A stretch of 64,000 nucleotides of DNA, from the NCBI RefSeq assembly GCF_963921235.1, contig NC_086097.1:219048001-219112000 (forward strand), given 5' to 3'. Below, in pieces: positions 1-13,264 of the stretch; position 1 is the stretch's first letter, and each line of letters starts with the position of its first letter. The notes beneath the pieces are model-generated. The model was given only the letters and a program-made list of their open reading frames with translations. It ran no database searches and was not told the origin of the DNA. A program made the translations under genes and the position numbers. The stretch is from Mobula hypostoma. Lineage: Eukaryota.

Positions 1-559
1 TACCCTTTCTCTAATCGATTTACAGTAAGATGATAAGCTTGCTCCAGGTAATCATTTGTTCACCTGTGTAAATATGTCTCTTGGTTTTACTGTTTGTCCA
101 ACTTTAATTACTGTCTTCCAACAATTCCCCATCCACCCATTTCCTCTTGTTTGGGCTAATCCTTCCGTACTTTGAAATTTGCCATTTTATCTAAAAAAAA
201 TGATATAACCTTTATGAATTAGTTATCTTGTCCCAACTTCTGTTTAATAACAGTGGTCATTTTTTGGCTTCCCTCTTATCTTTTGCTTTGTTCCTGTAAT
301 GTTTTTGATTTCCTTGTGCCACAGTAATATTAGATCTGTGAATTTCTGAGAACAATGAGAATGGATGTGGCTACTTAGCCTTCCTTGCCTGTTCAATCAT
401 TTAGTGATCATGACTAATCCCTGCCCTCTCTTCAAAACTCTGTTTACCACAAATCCTTCAATAATTTTCATTAATAGACCTTTGGACATTTTTTCTCCAG
501 ATAGTTTATCAGTTCCTCTTAAATTTTGAAGGCACTGGCTAAGTCGTCCTGTATCCATT

Positions 560-1149
560 TGTAATGCTCTGTAAGATTTCACTGCTAATGTAATGTCCTC
601 TCTGTAATGTTTCACTGCTATGGAAATGGTTTCTCTGTAGCAGCAATGTTTAGGTTATGATTAGAGATAACAGAGGCTTTGGAATATGTGCTATCCAATG
701 AGAGGCATGTTGTTCTTTCTTGTGGGGCTGGGAGCAGGGATTTTGCGGTCTTTTGTTGGCGAGACGTGAAGAGAGAAGGCGCGAATGGAAAGAGTTGGTA
801 GACTGGCAGATGGAGTGGATGGAACGAGGGTCCGACGGTCAGCGACACTCGGAGGAAGTCGATGGGGAACGAATAGATGAACCCGTGAGCTCCAACGTGC
901 ACATTAGACTCTTTCATTAAAATGGGCCCGTTTTCTTTTTATTTTCTTTACGAACCCTATAGTCAGATTAGGATTTATAAAGTTCAGTCGTTTAATTGCA
1001 TATGGTGTACTGTCTGATATTTTGCGGTTCGGATTTGTAACCAGGCAACACATCACACAGCATCCACATAGACGAGATCTCTCAGTTTGTCTGGGCCAGA
1101 GGCTGTCTTCCCCTCGACAAATGCATGCAGACCGAACCTGAGGGTTACA
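560..1149. mobile_element. Solo LTR (590 bp) with 4-bp TSD
   Basis: Starts TGTAA (560) and ends TTACA (1149). CATT flanks both sides (556-559, 1150-1153). No internal coding region. Confidence 0.75.
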
Positions 1150-2290
1150 CATTAAGTTCCTGGAATGTGTCCTGATGTATTTAAACACTAGTGTGGCTGG
1201 AGAGTTGGAATTCTGATGCAGTGAATGTTGACTACTTTCCTTTTTTTTGTACCTTCATCCATCTTAGTTCGCACGTTGGAGTTGTTCATAATGTATGTAT
1301 TTAAATATTCTTCAGTTAAAACATTTAGGAAAAAGGTTGCAACTCAGACTGAGTTGGAGACAGTTTAAATTAATTTCACTTCAGATCCTATGGCCATCAT
1401 TGAGGGTGGAGGCATTCATCTCATCAGTCTGATCAAACCCAATTGCAAGTAGTGAATGGGTAGTTTTTAAATCCAGACTGTGAATCAGTGGCTTCATATA
1501 AAGAAAGACTTTAGTAGTGTACTGTCACTTCAGAGTGAAAGTATATCATACAGTGGGCTAGGAGATAGTTTCCCGTTTCACTCTATCTTCACCCTGGAGA
1601 AAGCATTATTATTGTGATGGAACGCAAAGTGATGCCAAGTAGGCTCCTTTGTGACTTTCCACACAACTGAGTACCAGTAATTTGTTTCCTTTGAAAATCT
1701 GTCAGCCTGGCATATTCTGAAGAAGCCTGCTAACAAATGCTAGCTGAATTTTCTTCTGTAGTTGACAGATCTGTACTCCCTCATAATGCTTCTCTTTGTT
1801 TCACCGATAATATTTCTCTTTTTTACTAATTTCCGTAGTCAGTGAGCTTGAATTAAGTTTCAGCAAATCTTTAAAACATTAATTAGGATTGATGTTCTTA
1901 AGTGGTTGCGCAGAGATGCCTCCCAAGAGCATTCCAGGGGGCTGTTTAGCAAATGAATTTATAAGCTCTCACAGGATAACTAAATAAAACATTATGTAAA
2001 AATTAATATTCATATGTTAATGCTATGTTTTTCAGATGTTCTAGGCCAATTTTAGGTGTCAGCATGTTTTAGTAGAAGAAATACACACAACCGTACTAGC
2101 AAGTGAAGGGATTGGGGGTAGGATGAGAGAGGCTTGGGAGGTTATTGCTATTGGATGGATAATCAGTAGACACTTTATTAGGTCCCTCCTATACCTAATA
2201 AAGTGGTCACTGAGTTTATGTTTGTAGTCTTCTGCTATAGCCCTTCCATTTCAATATTTGACGTGTTGTGCTTTCAGAGATGCTGTTGTT

Positions 2291-3390
2291 GTGGCTATTG
2301 CTCATTTCTACATGGAGGACTTTGAGGACAGGGTGCTGAGCTCATCACCCTTACACCCCTTCAGGTACATCGATGACACCTTCGTTGTGTGTCCTCATTG
2401 ACTTCAGGCAAACATTCAATTTACGATGAAGATGGAGAAGAATGGTTGTCTCACATTCCTGAACATTTTAATACGACGGAAACTGAATGGTAGCCTCGGG
2501 CATGATGTCCTATCAGAAACTCACTCACGCAGACTTATACCTCAACACTAACAGCTGCCATCACACCTCCCAATGTAGAGTGGTTCTTTCTGCTCTGATT
2601 AACCATGAGAAAACTATTTTGGACCCAGGGAGTCTCTCCGAGAAAATAAGACCATTGCGCATATTGTTTCTACAGAATGGCTACAAAGTAAAGGATATCA
2701 GTCGGGCCCTTAAAAGGGCCACGGAAAATCCAGGAAAATTAACAACGAGGAGGAACCTGTCATTACCGCCTGTCTCCCCTATATTTCTACCGTTTCTGGA
2801 AGGATCACCAGAACCCTGAAGAAATACTGGATTAATCCAAGAAACTGTAAGAAAGCTCAAATGGGTCAGGACAGCTTGCATTTACAGGATTCCCTGTGAA
2901 TGCGGAACAACGCATATCAGCCAGATGGGACGCATGGTGGAAACCAGCATCTAGGAACACGGGAGGTGTATCCATTTGGATTACCTGGAGAATTTGGCAT
3001 TCACAATGGCCATAGGATTGACTTTGATGGCACAAAGCTACTATATCATGCCAGTGGTTTTTGGGACACCCTGGCGAAGGAAGCTATTGAAATAAAACTA
3101 GGGAATAAGAATTTTAGCAAAGGCGGAAGGTCTCGCTCTAAGTAAGAACTGGAATTCAATTGTAAACAAGGTGGGACAGAGGAAACCTGATTACATGAGG
3201 ACTAATTAATCCATAGTGATGTAGGATGGGGGTATATGTACCACCAGACTATGCATACCTAGGCGTCATCCTTGATGAAGAGGGCAGAGTTTGTCATCTA
3301 AACATCGGTTAAAATTGATACCTGTACCTGGCTGGAAGTTCAAGAAGAGTTTATTTGTCATATACGCCAGGAAAGCACTAGATCCTTTTC
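2291..3390 (+). mobile_element. Decayed Penelope-like element fragment (RT C-terminus, GIY-YIG, 3' repeat)
   Basis: Translates to FYMEDFEDRVL, FRYIDDTFVV and IYRIPCECGTTHISQ (degenerate GIY-YIG). Degenerate hammerhead-like TGATGAAG...AAAC at ~3272-3305. Confidence 0.75.
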
Positions 3391-4170
3391 AGAATCAGGT
3401 TTAATATCACTGCATATGTCATGAAATTTGGTGCTTTTGTAGCAGCAGTGCATAGTCATAAAAACTATAAATTACAATAAGTATATAAAAAATTAAATAA
3501 GTATTGGAAAAAGAGAGGGAAAAATGCCTTCTTCGCTGCCGCTGCTACTGTGTGATCTAGAATCTCCGGAGGGAAAGGCCCCGAGTCCTCGGCTTTGCTT
3601 GTTGCTTGGTGGCAGGGGTGGGGTCGAAGCACTCGGCAGGAGGGGCTGGTCGGAGGCTCGAAGTTTTCGGGCAGACTCAGAGTCGGCTGTGGTCGGGTGC
3701 TTCCAATGCATCGGTAGTTGTCGGCGCCTGGAGGTTTATGGCATGGAGAGTTTCTCCCTTTTGCCACCCGCTATCGGGACCATCAGGAGTTGATCGGAAC
3801 TTTGAGACTTTTTTTTACCGTGCCCATGGTCTGCTCTTTATCAAATTATGGTATTGCTTTACACTGCTGTAACTATATGTTATAATTATGTGGTCTTGTC
3901 AGTGTTAGTCTTTGGTTTGTCCTGTTTTTTTTGTGATATCACTCTGGAGGAACATTGTATCATTTCTTAATGCATGCATGCATTTCTAAATGACAATAAA
4001 CGAGGACTGAGTGCCCTCATAATCTAATCTAATCTAAAATATTGAGGAAGTGTTCATGGGTTCATTGTCCATTCAGAAATTTGATGGCAGGGGGGATGAA
4101 GCTGTTCCTGAGGCACAGAGTTTGTGTCTTTCGGTTCCTGTACCTCCTACTTGATGGTAGCAATGAAAAT
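3391..4170 (-). mobile_element. Rex/L2-type LINE 3' fragment containing a plus-strand non-autonomous insert (~3526-4036) with (AATCT)n tail
   Basis: Resembles other Rex/L2 3' ends in the window. The insert ends in AATAAA followed by aatct x3. Confidence 0.5.
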
Positions 4171-4645
4171 TACAGTTGCCTTCTTGTCAGCTTGAACCAG
4201 TCTGGCCATTCTCCACTGATCTCTCACGTTGACAAGGCATTTTCACCTATAGGGCTGTCACTAACTTTTTTTTTGGATATTTGCTCCATTCTTTGTAAAA
4301 CTCTAGAGGCTCCATCTGTGAAAATCTCAGGAGATGAGCAGTTTCTAAGATACTCAAGCCACACTGACTGGCACTAACAATCATTCCATGGTCAAAATCA
4401 CTTAGATCATATTTCTTCCCCATTCTGATGTTTCATCTGAGCAACAACTGAAGCTCTTGGCCATGTCAGCATGCTTTTATGCATTGAGTTGCTGCCACAT
4501 GATTGGGTGATTAGATATTTGTATTAATGAGCAGGTGTACAGGTGTACCTAATAAAGTGGCCACTGAGTGCATATCTATCAGGATAAAAGCAACATTAAA
4601 GATCTTCTTACACAATGTTTCCAAGCCTCCTTTCAAGATACTTTT

Positions 4646-4945
4646 AGGGTGCTATGGTAACGCAGCAGTTAGTGTGTCGCTATTGCAGCTTGGGGCATTG
4701 GAGTTCAGAGTTCAATTCTGACATTGTCTGTAAGGAGTTTGTACATTCTCCCTGTGAATATGTGGCTTTCCTCCAAGTGCTCTGGTTTCCTCCCACATTC
4801 CAAAGATGTTCTGGTTAGTAGGTTAATTGGTGATTGTGAATTGTCATGTGATTAGACTAATGTTAAATTGCTGGGTTGCTGGGCAGTGCAACTCAATGGG
4901 CCAGAAGGACCTGTTCTATCTCTAAATCAATCAATCAATCTATCA
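4646..4945 (+). mobile_element. tRNA-derived V-SINE-like element
   Basis: Box B-like GAGTTCAATTC, V-domain GGTTTCCTCCCACATTCCAAAGA, (TCAA)n tail. Confidence 0.7.
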
Positions 4946-5059
4946 ATCACTAATCCAATTAAAGAATATCTATAGTATACCGCTGTTTGAAGAACATTGT
5001 TACTTTATCTGTACTACGAAATGTTTGCTTTGATGACTGAAGCCATCACAAATGATATG

Positions 5060-5830
5060 GCTACGCTTGCAGACAATACAAAGATAGGTGGAGGGGCAGG
5101 TAGTGTCAAAGAAGCAGGGAGTGTGTAGAAGGACTTAGATAGATTAGGAGAATGATCAAAGAAATGGCAGATGAAATACAGCACAGGAAAATGTATGTTC
5201 TTGCTCTTTGGAAGAAGGAATAAAGGTATAAACTATTTTTTTTATAAAGGGAGAGAATTCAGAAATCGGAAGTGCAAAGGAACTTGAGTGTCCTAGTGCA
5301 GAATTCCCTAAAGGCTAACTTTGCAGGTTGAGTCAGTAGTAAAGAGGCAAATGCAATGTTAGCATTCATTTCGAGAGGATTAGAGTATAAACGCAAGGAT
5401 GTAATGCCGAGGATTTATAAGGCATTGATCAAACTGCACTTGGAACATTTGGGAGCCTTATCTAAAAGAAAATGTGCTGGCTTTGGAGATATCCGGAGAA
5501 GGTTCATGTGAATATTCCTGGAAAAGAAAGGGTTAATGTATGCGGAGCTTTTGATGGTCTGAGCCTATTGAATCTCATTAGGTGGATACAGAAAGGATGT
5601 TTCCATTAGTGAGGGAGTCTCAGACCAGAGGGCACAGCTTCAGGGCATGCTTATAGAACAGAGGTGGGGAGAAATTTATTTAGCCCAAGGGTGTGAATCT
5701 GTGGAAATGAATTTAAAGTAGTAATTTGATATGTTCTGGATTAGTCAAGGTTATGGGGAGAAGGCAGGAGATTGGGTTTTAGAATGATAAATGGGCTGAA
5801 TGGCCTAATTACGATAAAATGTATTATGGT
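5060..5830 (+). mobile_element. Degenerate CR1 LINE 3' fragment
   Basis: Remnant ADNTKIGG...KDLDRLGE, similar to the CR1 at 26.6-30.8 kb. Confidence 0.7.
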
Positions 5831-6244
5831 ATTGATATATTTATTTTAGTAATAGCTATTATTGTCCTGCACAACTCTGCTTCATCAAGGGGGAAAGCAG
5901 CAAGCAGTGATCAGGTTAATTCAGAGTACACTGCTAGTGCCATATTGGGACTCCTTCCCTATGAGGAATAGTTCAGCTATCATCCTCATATGCTCAACAG
6001 TCGTCTTGATATGTGAATGAGCGTCTTTCAGAAATTGGATAAATCAGTACCTATTTTAACATGCAATAATCTGTCTACTCTGCTGTAGAAAGCATTATTG
6101 ATCTTTTCTGGCTGAAATCTCCCCAGCTGGAAAATTAGACCAACACTTTTCTGCATGATCCTTGTTAATAGCTGATATTCTTTTGGCATTAAATGCACAA
6201 ATAATGAAATCGATATTAATCTTGTTCCCATTTTTGTCATTCTC

Positions 6245-7025
6245 AACAAATGAACTTTAATTTAAGACATAACAGAGCAGTCTTGGTCCAGTCGGGAGAA
6301 CAAATCAGGGTAGAACTTACACGGTGAATGGTAGGGCACTGAGGAGTGAGGTAGAACCAAGGAATCTGTAATTCCTTGATGGCGGTGCCGCAGGTAGAAA
6401 TGGTCATAAAGAAAGCTTTTGGCACTTTGGCCTTCATAAATCTAAGTATTCAGTCCAGGAATTGGGATGTTATGTTGATGTTGTTTAAGACGTCGGTGAG
6501 GTCTAATTTGGAGTATCGTGTGCAGTTTTAGTCACCCACAGTACCTACAGAAAAGATATCAACAAGATTGAAATTTGCAGTGAATATTTATATGGATGTT
6601 GCCGGGATTTGCGAACCTTAGTTACAGGAAAAGGTGGAAAAGGTTAGGACTTTGTTCCCTAAAACATAGAAGAGTGATAGGAGATTTGATAGAGGTATAC
6701 AAAATTAAGAGGGGTATAGATAGGGTAAATGCAAGCAGGCTTTTTCCACTGAGGTTGGGTAAGAGCAAAACTAGAAATCATGGGTTAAGGGTGAAAGGTG
6801 AAATGTTTAAGGGGAACATGAGGGAGAATTTCACTCAGAGGGTGGTGAGTTCCCAGCAGAAGTGGTGAATGCAGGTTCGATTTCAATATTTAAAGCGTAA
6901 TTTGGATCGGTCATGATGGGAGTGGTATAGAGGGCTATAGTTCATGAACAGGTTGATGGGGCTAGGCAGATGAATTGGACTAGATGGGCCAAAGGATCTG
7001 TTTCTGTGTTGTAGTGTTCTGTGAT
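6245..7025 (+). mobile_element. CR1 LINE 3' fragment
   Basis: ORF 6596-6868 (GDLIEVYKI.RGIDRV) matches the CR1 ORF2 C-terminus. CR1-like 3' tail. Confidence 0.75.
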
Positions 7026-7679
7026 TATGAACTTGGAGTAAATTGTGCTAGGATCTTTTGCATTACTTGGAACTCAGAAGGGATATACTGTAGCTAAAAT
7101 GGAAGCTGACTGTCCCCTTCAGACTACAGGCTACATTGTCATTATCCAAGTCAATCTGTGCACAAGCGCAGCAATAAACTCCAGAGCCAAAGGACCATGA
7201 CACAGAGCATGAAGATCAGCAGGAAGTGGAGAGATGTTTCTCATAATGAGTCAACAAAATAATAGTGTTCAAAGTACCTTTGTCTGCATTCCAGTGGATA
7301 CTGAAAACATGCTCAAATACCCAGTAGGAAAAGCCCCAGTGATAATAGTTCCTTATAAGCTGCTTTGCACGTCATCCTACACTAATCATAAGGCTTCATT
7401 GAATGAATCCTGAACCCAGTCATAGGCTACAACAGAAATAAAATCATACAGCTTGGAAAAAAATGCCTTTGGCTCAATGAGTCCTTGCTCTCTCATCAAT
7501 ACTCCCTCATGATTCCACCCCCCCATAGTGAGAAGCACAACAATAGACAAGCAATGATCTACAAATCAGAATGGACCAGCAAAAGCTCAATACAGTACTA
7601 ATACTCTATTTCTATTTCTATTGCTTTCTTATCAACTACTAACCCTTCCCTCCCAATCCAAGACTCCATCTCTTACTTG

Positions 7680-7870
7680 CACATTAGGTACAACTTGCAA
7701 CAGCAAATGAACCTACATATCTATAAACGTATCTCTGTGATGGGGGAGGAAAGCAAAACGCCGGAACAAAGCTGGCACGGAGAACATGCAAGCTCCATAC
7801 TGATGACACCAGGGATCGGGATTGAAATCCAGTCACTGGAGCTGTAATGCAGCAGCTCTAATAGCTATCC
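7680..7870 (-). mobile_element. Degenerate V-SINE-like element
   Basis: Reverse-complement similarity to 4646-4945. Confidence 0.5.
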
Positions 7871-8936
7871 AAAAAAAAGATACTGATTCTGTTGAAAGTG
7901 AGATAGTTAAATAATATCATTGGGCTTTGTACTTCTCTCAGGGTGCTTGAGTATTATTTGAAGCTTCTACCAATTTTGGCTGCCATATTGAGTCTCTTTC
8001 ACAAAGAGGTGATTCTGGGATGAGGAGCTGTGGATAGCATATTAGTTATATAACAGTGGCCCTTCTTTCTGTCACACTGGACTGTTTTATTGAGCACCAC
8101 ATGTTGGGCAGAATGTTTCACAGATATGTTGTCTCAGTGGCTTCGTAAATTGGAACAGGACACATCTAAAGTACTTACAGGTAATGATTAATTCCAGTGA
8201 ACACTGAAAATTATCAAAGGGCTACCTTAAATATATTCTTTTGCTACAGCTGAATAGATATTGGTGGATTGACTGAGAGACGGGAGTGACTAGAGATCGG
8301 AGAAAAGCAAATAACTGCAGTGGATGGAAATCAGAAATTGAAGACAAGAAATGTTAGAAAAACTGAATATTTCAGGTAGAATCACTGAGTAGAGAATTTC
8401 CAAAACCTTATGTTTAGCACATGGATATCTGTAGGCTTTGGAATGATCAGGCCGTCGAAGCTCTGGTGAATATTGTCAGGTGTCTCAGGCCTTGGAGGCA
8501 TGGCTGCTCACAGTTCCTAATCTTTGATTTCTTTCAGTTGGGGAATGAGTCCTTCATTTCTTTCTTGCTAGTTGATATCCACTTGAAGAGGATGGAAATG
8601 TTGCCTCTTGAATTGGATAAAGAATTCTGAAATCAGGATCATGACTTTCCCAGGGAGCTAATTTCTGACAGTGTTCCAAATCTCAGGTCAGCTTTGTTCA
8701 CTCTGTCACTCAAATGAATTATGAACATTGCTTGACATCTCCAAACCATCGAACATTTTTTAGGATTGGTATGGACATGTCAAGCTGTGTTCATAATTTC
8801 ACAACTTTGAACTGCAGACGAGGCTTCATTAAAAACAAAAACAACAGGAATTCTGCAGATGCTGGAATTTCAAGCAACATACATCAAAGTTGCTGGTGAA
8901 CGCAGCAGGCCAAGCAGCATCTGTAGGAAGAGGTGC

Positions 8937-8972
8937 AGTCGACGTTTCAGGCCGAGACCCTTCGTCAGGACT
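8937..8972 (-). ncRNA. Minimal type I hammerhead ribozyme motif in the Penelope 3' repeat
   Basis: Minus strand reads AGTC-CTGACGA-AGGGTCTCGGCCT-GAAAC-GTC-GACT. This gives the CUGANGA and GAAA cores, a GUC cleavage triplet, helix I AGTC/GACT and a palindromic ACGT helix III. Confidence 0.75.
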
Positions 8973-9294
8973 AACTGAAGGAAGAGTGAGTAAGGGATTT
9001 GAAAGTTGGAGGGGGAGGGGGAGATCCAAAATGATAGGAGAAGACAGGAGGGGGAGGGATAGAGCCGAGAGCTGGACAGGTGATAGGCAAAAGGGGATAC
9101 GAGAGAATCATGGGACAGGAGGTCCGGGAAGAAAGACAAGGGGGGGGGGTGACCCAGAGGATGGGCAAGAGGTATATTCAGAGGGACAGAGGGAGAAAAA
9201 GGAGAGTGAGAGAAAGAATGTGTGCATAAAAATGAGTAACAGTTGGGGTACGAGGGGGAGGTGGGGCCTTAGCGGAAGTTAGAGAAGTCATTGT

Positions 9295-12210
9295 TCATGC
9301 CATCAGGTTGGAGGCTACCCAGACGGAATATACCTGTTGTTCCTCCAACCTGAGTGTGGCTTCATCTTTACAGTAGAGGAGGCCGTGGATAGACATGTCA
9401 GAATGGGAGTGGGATGTGGAATTAAAATGTGTGGCCACTGGGAGATCCTGCTTTCTCTGGCAGACAGAGCGTAGATGTTCAGCAAAGCGGTCTCCCAGTC
9501 TGCGTCGGGTCACGCCAATATATAAAAGGCCACATCGGGAGCACCGGACGCAGTATATCACCCCAGTCGACTCACAGGTGAAGTGATGCCTCACCTGGAA
9601 GGACTGTTTGGGGCCCTGAATGGTGGTAAGGGAGGAAGTGTAAGGGCATGTGTAGCACTTGTTCCGCTTACACGGATAAGTGCCAGGAGGGAGATCAGTG
9701 GGGAGGGATGGGGGGGACGAATGGACAAGGGAGTTGTGTAGGGAGCGATCCCTGCGGAATGCAGAGAGAGGGGGGGGAGGGAAAGATGTGCTTCGTGGTG
9801 GGATCCCGTTGGAGGTGGCGGAAGTTACGGAGAATAATATGTCAGACCCGGAGGCTGGTGGGGTGGTAGGTGAGGACCAGGGGAACCCTATTCCTAGTGA
9901 GGTGGTGGGAGGATGGAGTGAGAGCAGATGTACGTGAAATGGGGGAGATGCGTTTAAGAGCAGAGTTGATAGTGGAGGAAGGGAAGCCCCTTTTTTTAAA
10001 AAAGGAAGACATCTCCCTCGTCCTAGAATGAAAAGCCTCATCCTGAGAGCAGATGCGGCGGAGACGGAGGAATTGCGAGAAGGGGATGGCGTTTTTGCAA
10101 GGGACAGGGTGAGAAGAGGAATAGTCCAGATAGCTGTGAGAGTCAGTAGGGTTATAGTAGATATCAGTGGATAAGCTGTCTCCAGAGACAGAGACAGAAA
10201 GATCTAGAAAGGGGTGGGAGGTGCCGGAAATGGACCAGGTAAACTTGAGGGCAGGGTGAAAGTTGGAGGCAAAGTTAATAAAGTCAACGAGTTCTGCATG
10301 CGTGCAGGAAGCAGTGCCAATGCAGTCGTCGATGTAGCGAAGGAAAAGTGGGGGACAGATACCAGAATAGGCACGGAACATAGATTGTTCCACAAACCCA
10401 ACAAAAAGGCAGGCATAGCTAGGACCCATACGGGTGCCCATAGCTACACCTTTAGTTTGGAGGAAGTGGGAGGAGCCGAAGGAGAAATTATTAAGAGTAA
10501 GGACTAATTCCGCTAGACAGAGCAGAGTGGTGGTGGAGGGAAACTGATTAGGTCTGGAATCCAAAAAGAAGCGTAGAGCTTTGAGACCTTCCTGATGGGG
10601 GATGGAAGTATATAAGGACCGGACATCTATGGTGAAAATAAAGCGGTGGGGGCCAGGGAACTTAAAATCATCGAAAAGTTTAAGAGCGTGAGAAGGGTCA
10701 CGAACATAGGTCGGAAGGGATTGAACAAGGGGCGATAAAACCGTGTCGAGGAATGCAGAAATGAGTTCGGTGGGGCAGGAGCAAGCTGAGACAATAGGTC
10801 GGCCAGGACAGGCAGGTTTCTGGATCTTGGGTAGGAGGTAGAAACGGGAAGTGCGTGGTGTGGGAACTATAAGGTTGGTAGCAGTGGATGGGAGATCCCC
10901 TGAGCTGATAAAGTCGGTGATGGTGTGGGAGACAATGGCCTGGTGCTCCTTAGTGGGGTCATGATCGAGGGGTAAATAAGAGGAGGTATCTGCGAGTTGA
11001 CGCTGTGCCTCGGCAAGGTAGAGGTCAGTACGCCAGACTACAACAGCACCCCCCTTATCGGCGGGTTTAATAATAAGGTTAGGATTAGTGCGGAGGGAGT
11101 GGAGAGCAGAGCGTTCCGAAGGAGTGAGGTTGGAATGGGGACAAGGTGCGGTGAAGTCGAGATGGTTGATGTCCCGTCGGCAGTTAGCAATAAAGAGATC
11201 CAAAGCAGGCAGCAGACCAAAGCGGGGTGTCCATGAAGAAGAGGAGAGTTGAAGATGGGAGAAAGGGTCATCGGTGGGGGTGGTGGGAGAGTCCTTGCCG
11301 AAGAAGTAGGCTCGGAGACGGAGACGGCAGAAGAAAAGTTCCGCATCGTGGCAAACACGGAACTCGCTGAGGTGTGGGTGAAGGGGGACAAACGTGAGGC
11401 CCTTACTGAGAACAGAGCGTTCTGCCTCCGACAGCTGAAGGTCGGAGGGGATGGTAAAGACCCGGCACGGATGAGAGCTGGGATCAGAGGGGGGAGGGGG
11501 GAGGCTGGGGGTGTCAATGGAGAGGGGAGGGTTGGGGTGAGAGGAAGATGGGGCCTCTGAGGGCCCAGGAGTTGACGGTGGGATCGGAGGAAGACAGGGT
11601 TGCAGAGTGGGGTGGGGGAAGGGGAGACGGGAGTCACAATAGCAGCACATAAAGACCCGGCCTGGAGTTCAAGGCTGGAGTCGCAGTTGGTGGTTGCGCA
11701 ATCACTTCGAATGTGTCCATGGTCGTTGCTGGAGTCCGGGTTTTGAATATGCCCTGAGGTGTTGGAGCCGCCGAGATCAATGGCAGGGGCCGCAATCTGA
11801 AGTTCATGCCTGCTAGCGCCGGGGCCGGCAGGCTCTGGAGTCCGTAGATGTAGGATCTTGCGATCTTTGCCTAACATGACAAAGTCAAGAAAACGGCGAT
11901 TGCAGGCGTGAATCCGACGGAGGATGAAATAACGGGTAGGACCATTACAGACGGCGAAAAAAGTGTCCCGAAGGTGTGGAAGGGTCTGGGATAGGGACAC
12001 CAAGTACCTCCTCATGGCGGAGAGCGTCGCCTTCAGAGCTTGACGGGAGAAGCGGCGAGAGGCAGAGTCAATAAAATGTGAGTACCTGGGATCCTCAGAA
12101 GGTCCAAATTGAGAGGCTTGGAAATGAATCCTAAAGCCAACTGGAGTAAGTTGGCGACGGAGGCACGTTCCAAGAAAGGATATATGGCTGTGATAGCGAG
12201 TCTGAGTCAA
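9295..12210 (-). pseudogene. Penelope RT/GIY-YIG polyprotein split over three frames (12210-11038, 11650-9842, 10041-9295)
   Basis: Three overlapping minus-strand ORFs supply the N-terminus, RT and endonuclease in order. Confidence 0.88.
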
Positions 12211-13264
12211 AGTGTGGTCGAAAAGTTGAAGAGCCGAAGAAATTATAGACGAGGCTTCATTATCCTGGTATCACTGGCAGGATATGAGTCAGATGGATTA
12301 GGGAACCTAAATTCCAATGGATGATACAGCAGGAGAATGTGATCCTCCAGGAATGGACACCATAGGGTCTTTAAATGCATCTTTGCAATTTAGGTGATCT
12401 CGAGGTCGTAAAATCAAATATATTGATTGAATATAGAAATTGTTGGGTTGATAATGGCGTGTACAGTGCATATTCACTCTATTATACAAATTTATGTGCA
12501 TACATTTGATGGTTTGAGTGGCTTTACTTTCTTAAAAGAAATTATATGTAGAATAAGGATTTCTTTGTGAACTTGGTCTACATTGTGTATGACTTTGCTA
12601 CATATTAAGCTGAGAATTTACTGAATTGAACAAAGGACGTTCTGTTAGGCTTAGAAAGACTTTTTTGGCAATACTTCTTAAAACAACATCCTCCACGGTT
12701 TGTAGGACCTGGGCAATAAGTTCATGAGAAAACTGTCACTTCCGGGTTGCCTTCCAAGTCACATAGCCACCTAACCTTGACAAATATTGTTGTTTCCTCA
12801 TTGCTGAGTTAAATTCCTGGAATGCTCTATCCAGTGACATTTGGGAGTTCCATCAGAACACAGGCTTTTTCTAGCATGGATTCTGGAAAAAGCTTCATCA
12901 TCAATTTCTCGAAAGTGACAAGGAATCAATGATAAATATCCCATTTGCCCAAATTATATTTTTGGAGAAATGATTACAGTGAAGGTATTGGCATACTTTT
13001 TAATTGATGAGGCCTTGAAGTCAGACTGCTATCTGTTTGGAAAACAAACAGATAGCAGTCTGTTTGTACTCCAAACAGGCTGCACAGCTGTGTACCCAAT
13101 AAAAGCCAGATTGCCAAATGTGTCTGATACTTAAATGCTTATTGTAGTGGCAAAACCAAATCAAAACCAAAACAGTTGCCGCTGCCAGTGGCCCTACAAG
13201 TTTGTTATACTTGCGTGATGTGCAACTCATCCCTGTAGTAATTGCTCCAAAAGTTGAGGATATG

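Larger units (their letters stand above)
2162..4570. mobile_element. Non-autonomous Tc1/mariner-like element split by nested insertions
   Basis: Right end CAGGTGTACCTAATAAAGTGGCCACTGAGTG (~4540-4570) is the inverse of the degenerate left end TCAGTAGACACTTTATTAGGT (~2163). Element body at ~2162-2290 and ~4175-4570. Confidence 0.65.
8832..12246 (-). mobile_element. Penelope-like retroelement (Neptune-type), near-complete, two frameshifts
   Basis: RT motifs IIKPADKGGAVVV, GVAMGTRMGP, LRYIDD. Cys linker PCKRNKCYTC. GIY-YIG VIYCVRCSRCGLLYIGVT. Exact 16-bp TSD AGACGAGGCTTCATTA at 8816-8831 and 12247-12262. Confidence 0.92.

Noticed and set aside
7111..7262. Possible plus-strand terminal exon
   Set aside because: No partner exons or recognisable protein.
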